From positions 1-55,388 of IMG/VR virus record IMGVR_UViG_3300032069_000147: DNA of 55,388 bases. One strand, given 5' to 3'. Positions 55,262 to 55,388 of the stretch are shown piece by piece. The first letter of the stretch is position 1; each line of letters starts with the position of its first letter. Source of the stretch: a virus (Duplodnaviria > Caudoviricetes). The translations under genes were made by a program, and so were the position numbers. Below the pieces are notes generated by a model. That model saw nothing but the letters and a program-made list of their open reading frames with translations, searched no databases and was not told the DNA's origin.

Positions 55262-55388
55262 GGTTTTAGCGGGTCAGGGCCTCAAGGGCCATCCCCGCTA
55301 CGGTAATGAACAGCCAGAAAACAGCGCTCCACTGCAACGCTTCGGCCAGGCGTTTGTTGCGCGTTGCCCAGAGCAGAGCGCTAACGAC
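55262..55388. repeat. Terminal direct repeat (copy 2)
   Basis: Identical to 1-127. Confidence 0.95.

Noticed and set aside
55262-55388. Biological terminal repeat
   Set aside because: The length equals a typical assembly k-mer and the repeat falls within a gene

Overview
This window looks like one complete, circularly assembled tailed dsDNA phage genome of 55,261 bp; bases 1-127 recur exactly at 55262-55388, consistent with an assembler k-mer overlap. It is GC-rich, most genes lie on the - strand, the host is unknown, and I see no integrase. Modules: small early genes with repeated intergenic elements (1-5.1 kb); a + strand membrane/lipoprotein/peptidase cluster interrupted by a TnpB-only IS200/IS605 element (5.3-8.3 kb); endolysin, tail and Mu-like head genes and terminase (8.3-38.5 kb); an ASCH/PAPS-reductase-like/ParB cassette; replication and recombination genes, including an intein; and a candidate structured ncRNA. 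The strongest unexplained signal is at 41.3-43.5 kb. An IS110/Nop-domain protein is followed by 11 stem-loop units of the form stem-CCA-N9-TGAAAACCA-N9-TG-stem, the layout of a TIGR-Tas RNA-guided system. This copy is unusual: the RuvC-like domain looks catalytically dead, the array overlaps the effector's 3' end, an unknown ORF splits the array, and standalone HNH genes flank the locus. All family calls are from motif recognition by eye; no database searches were run.
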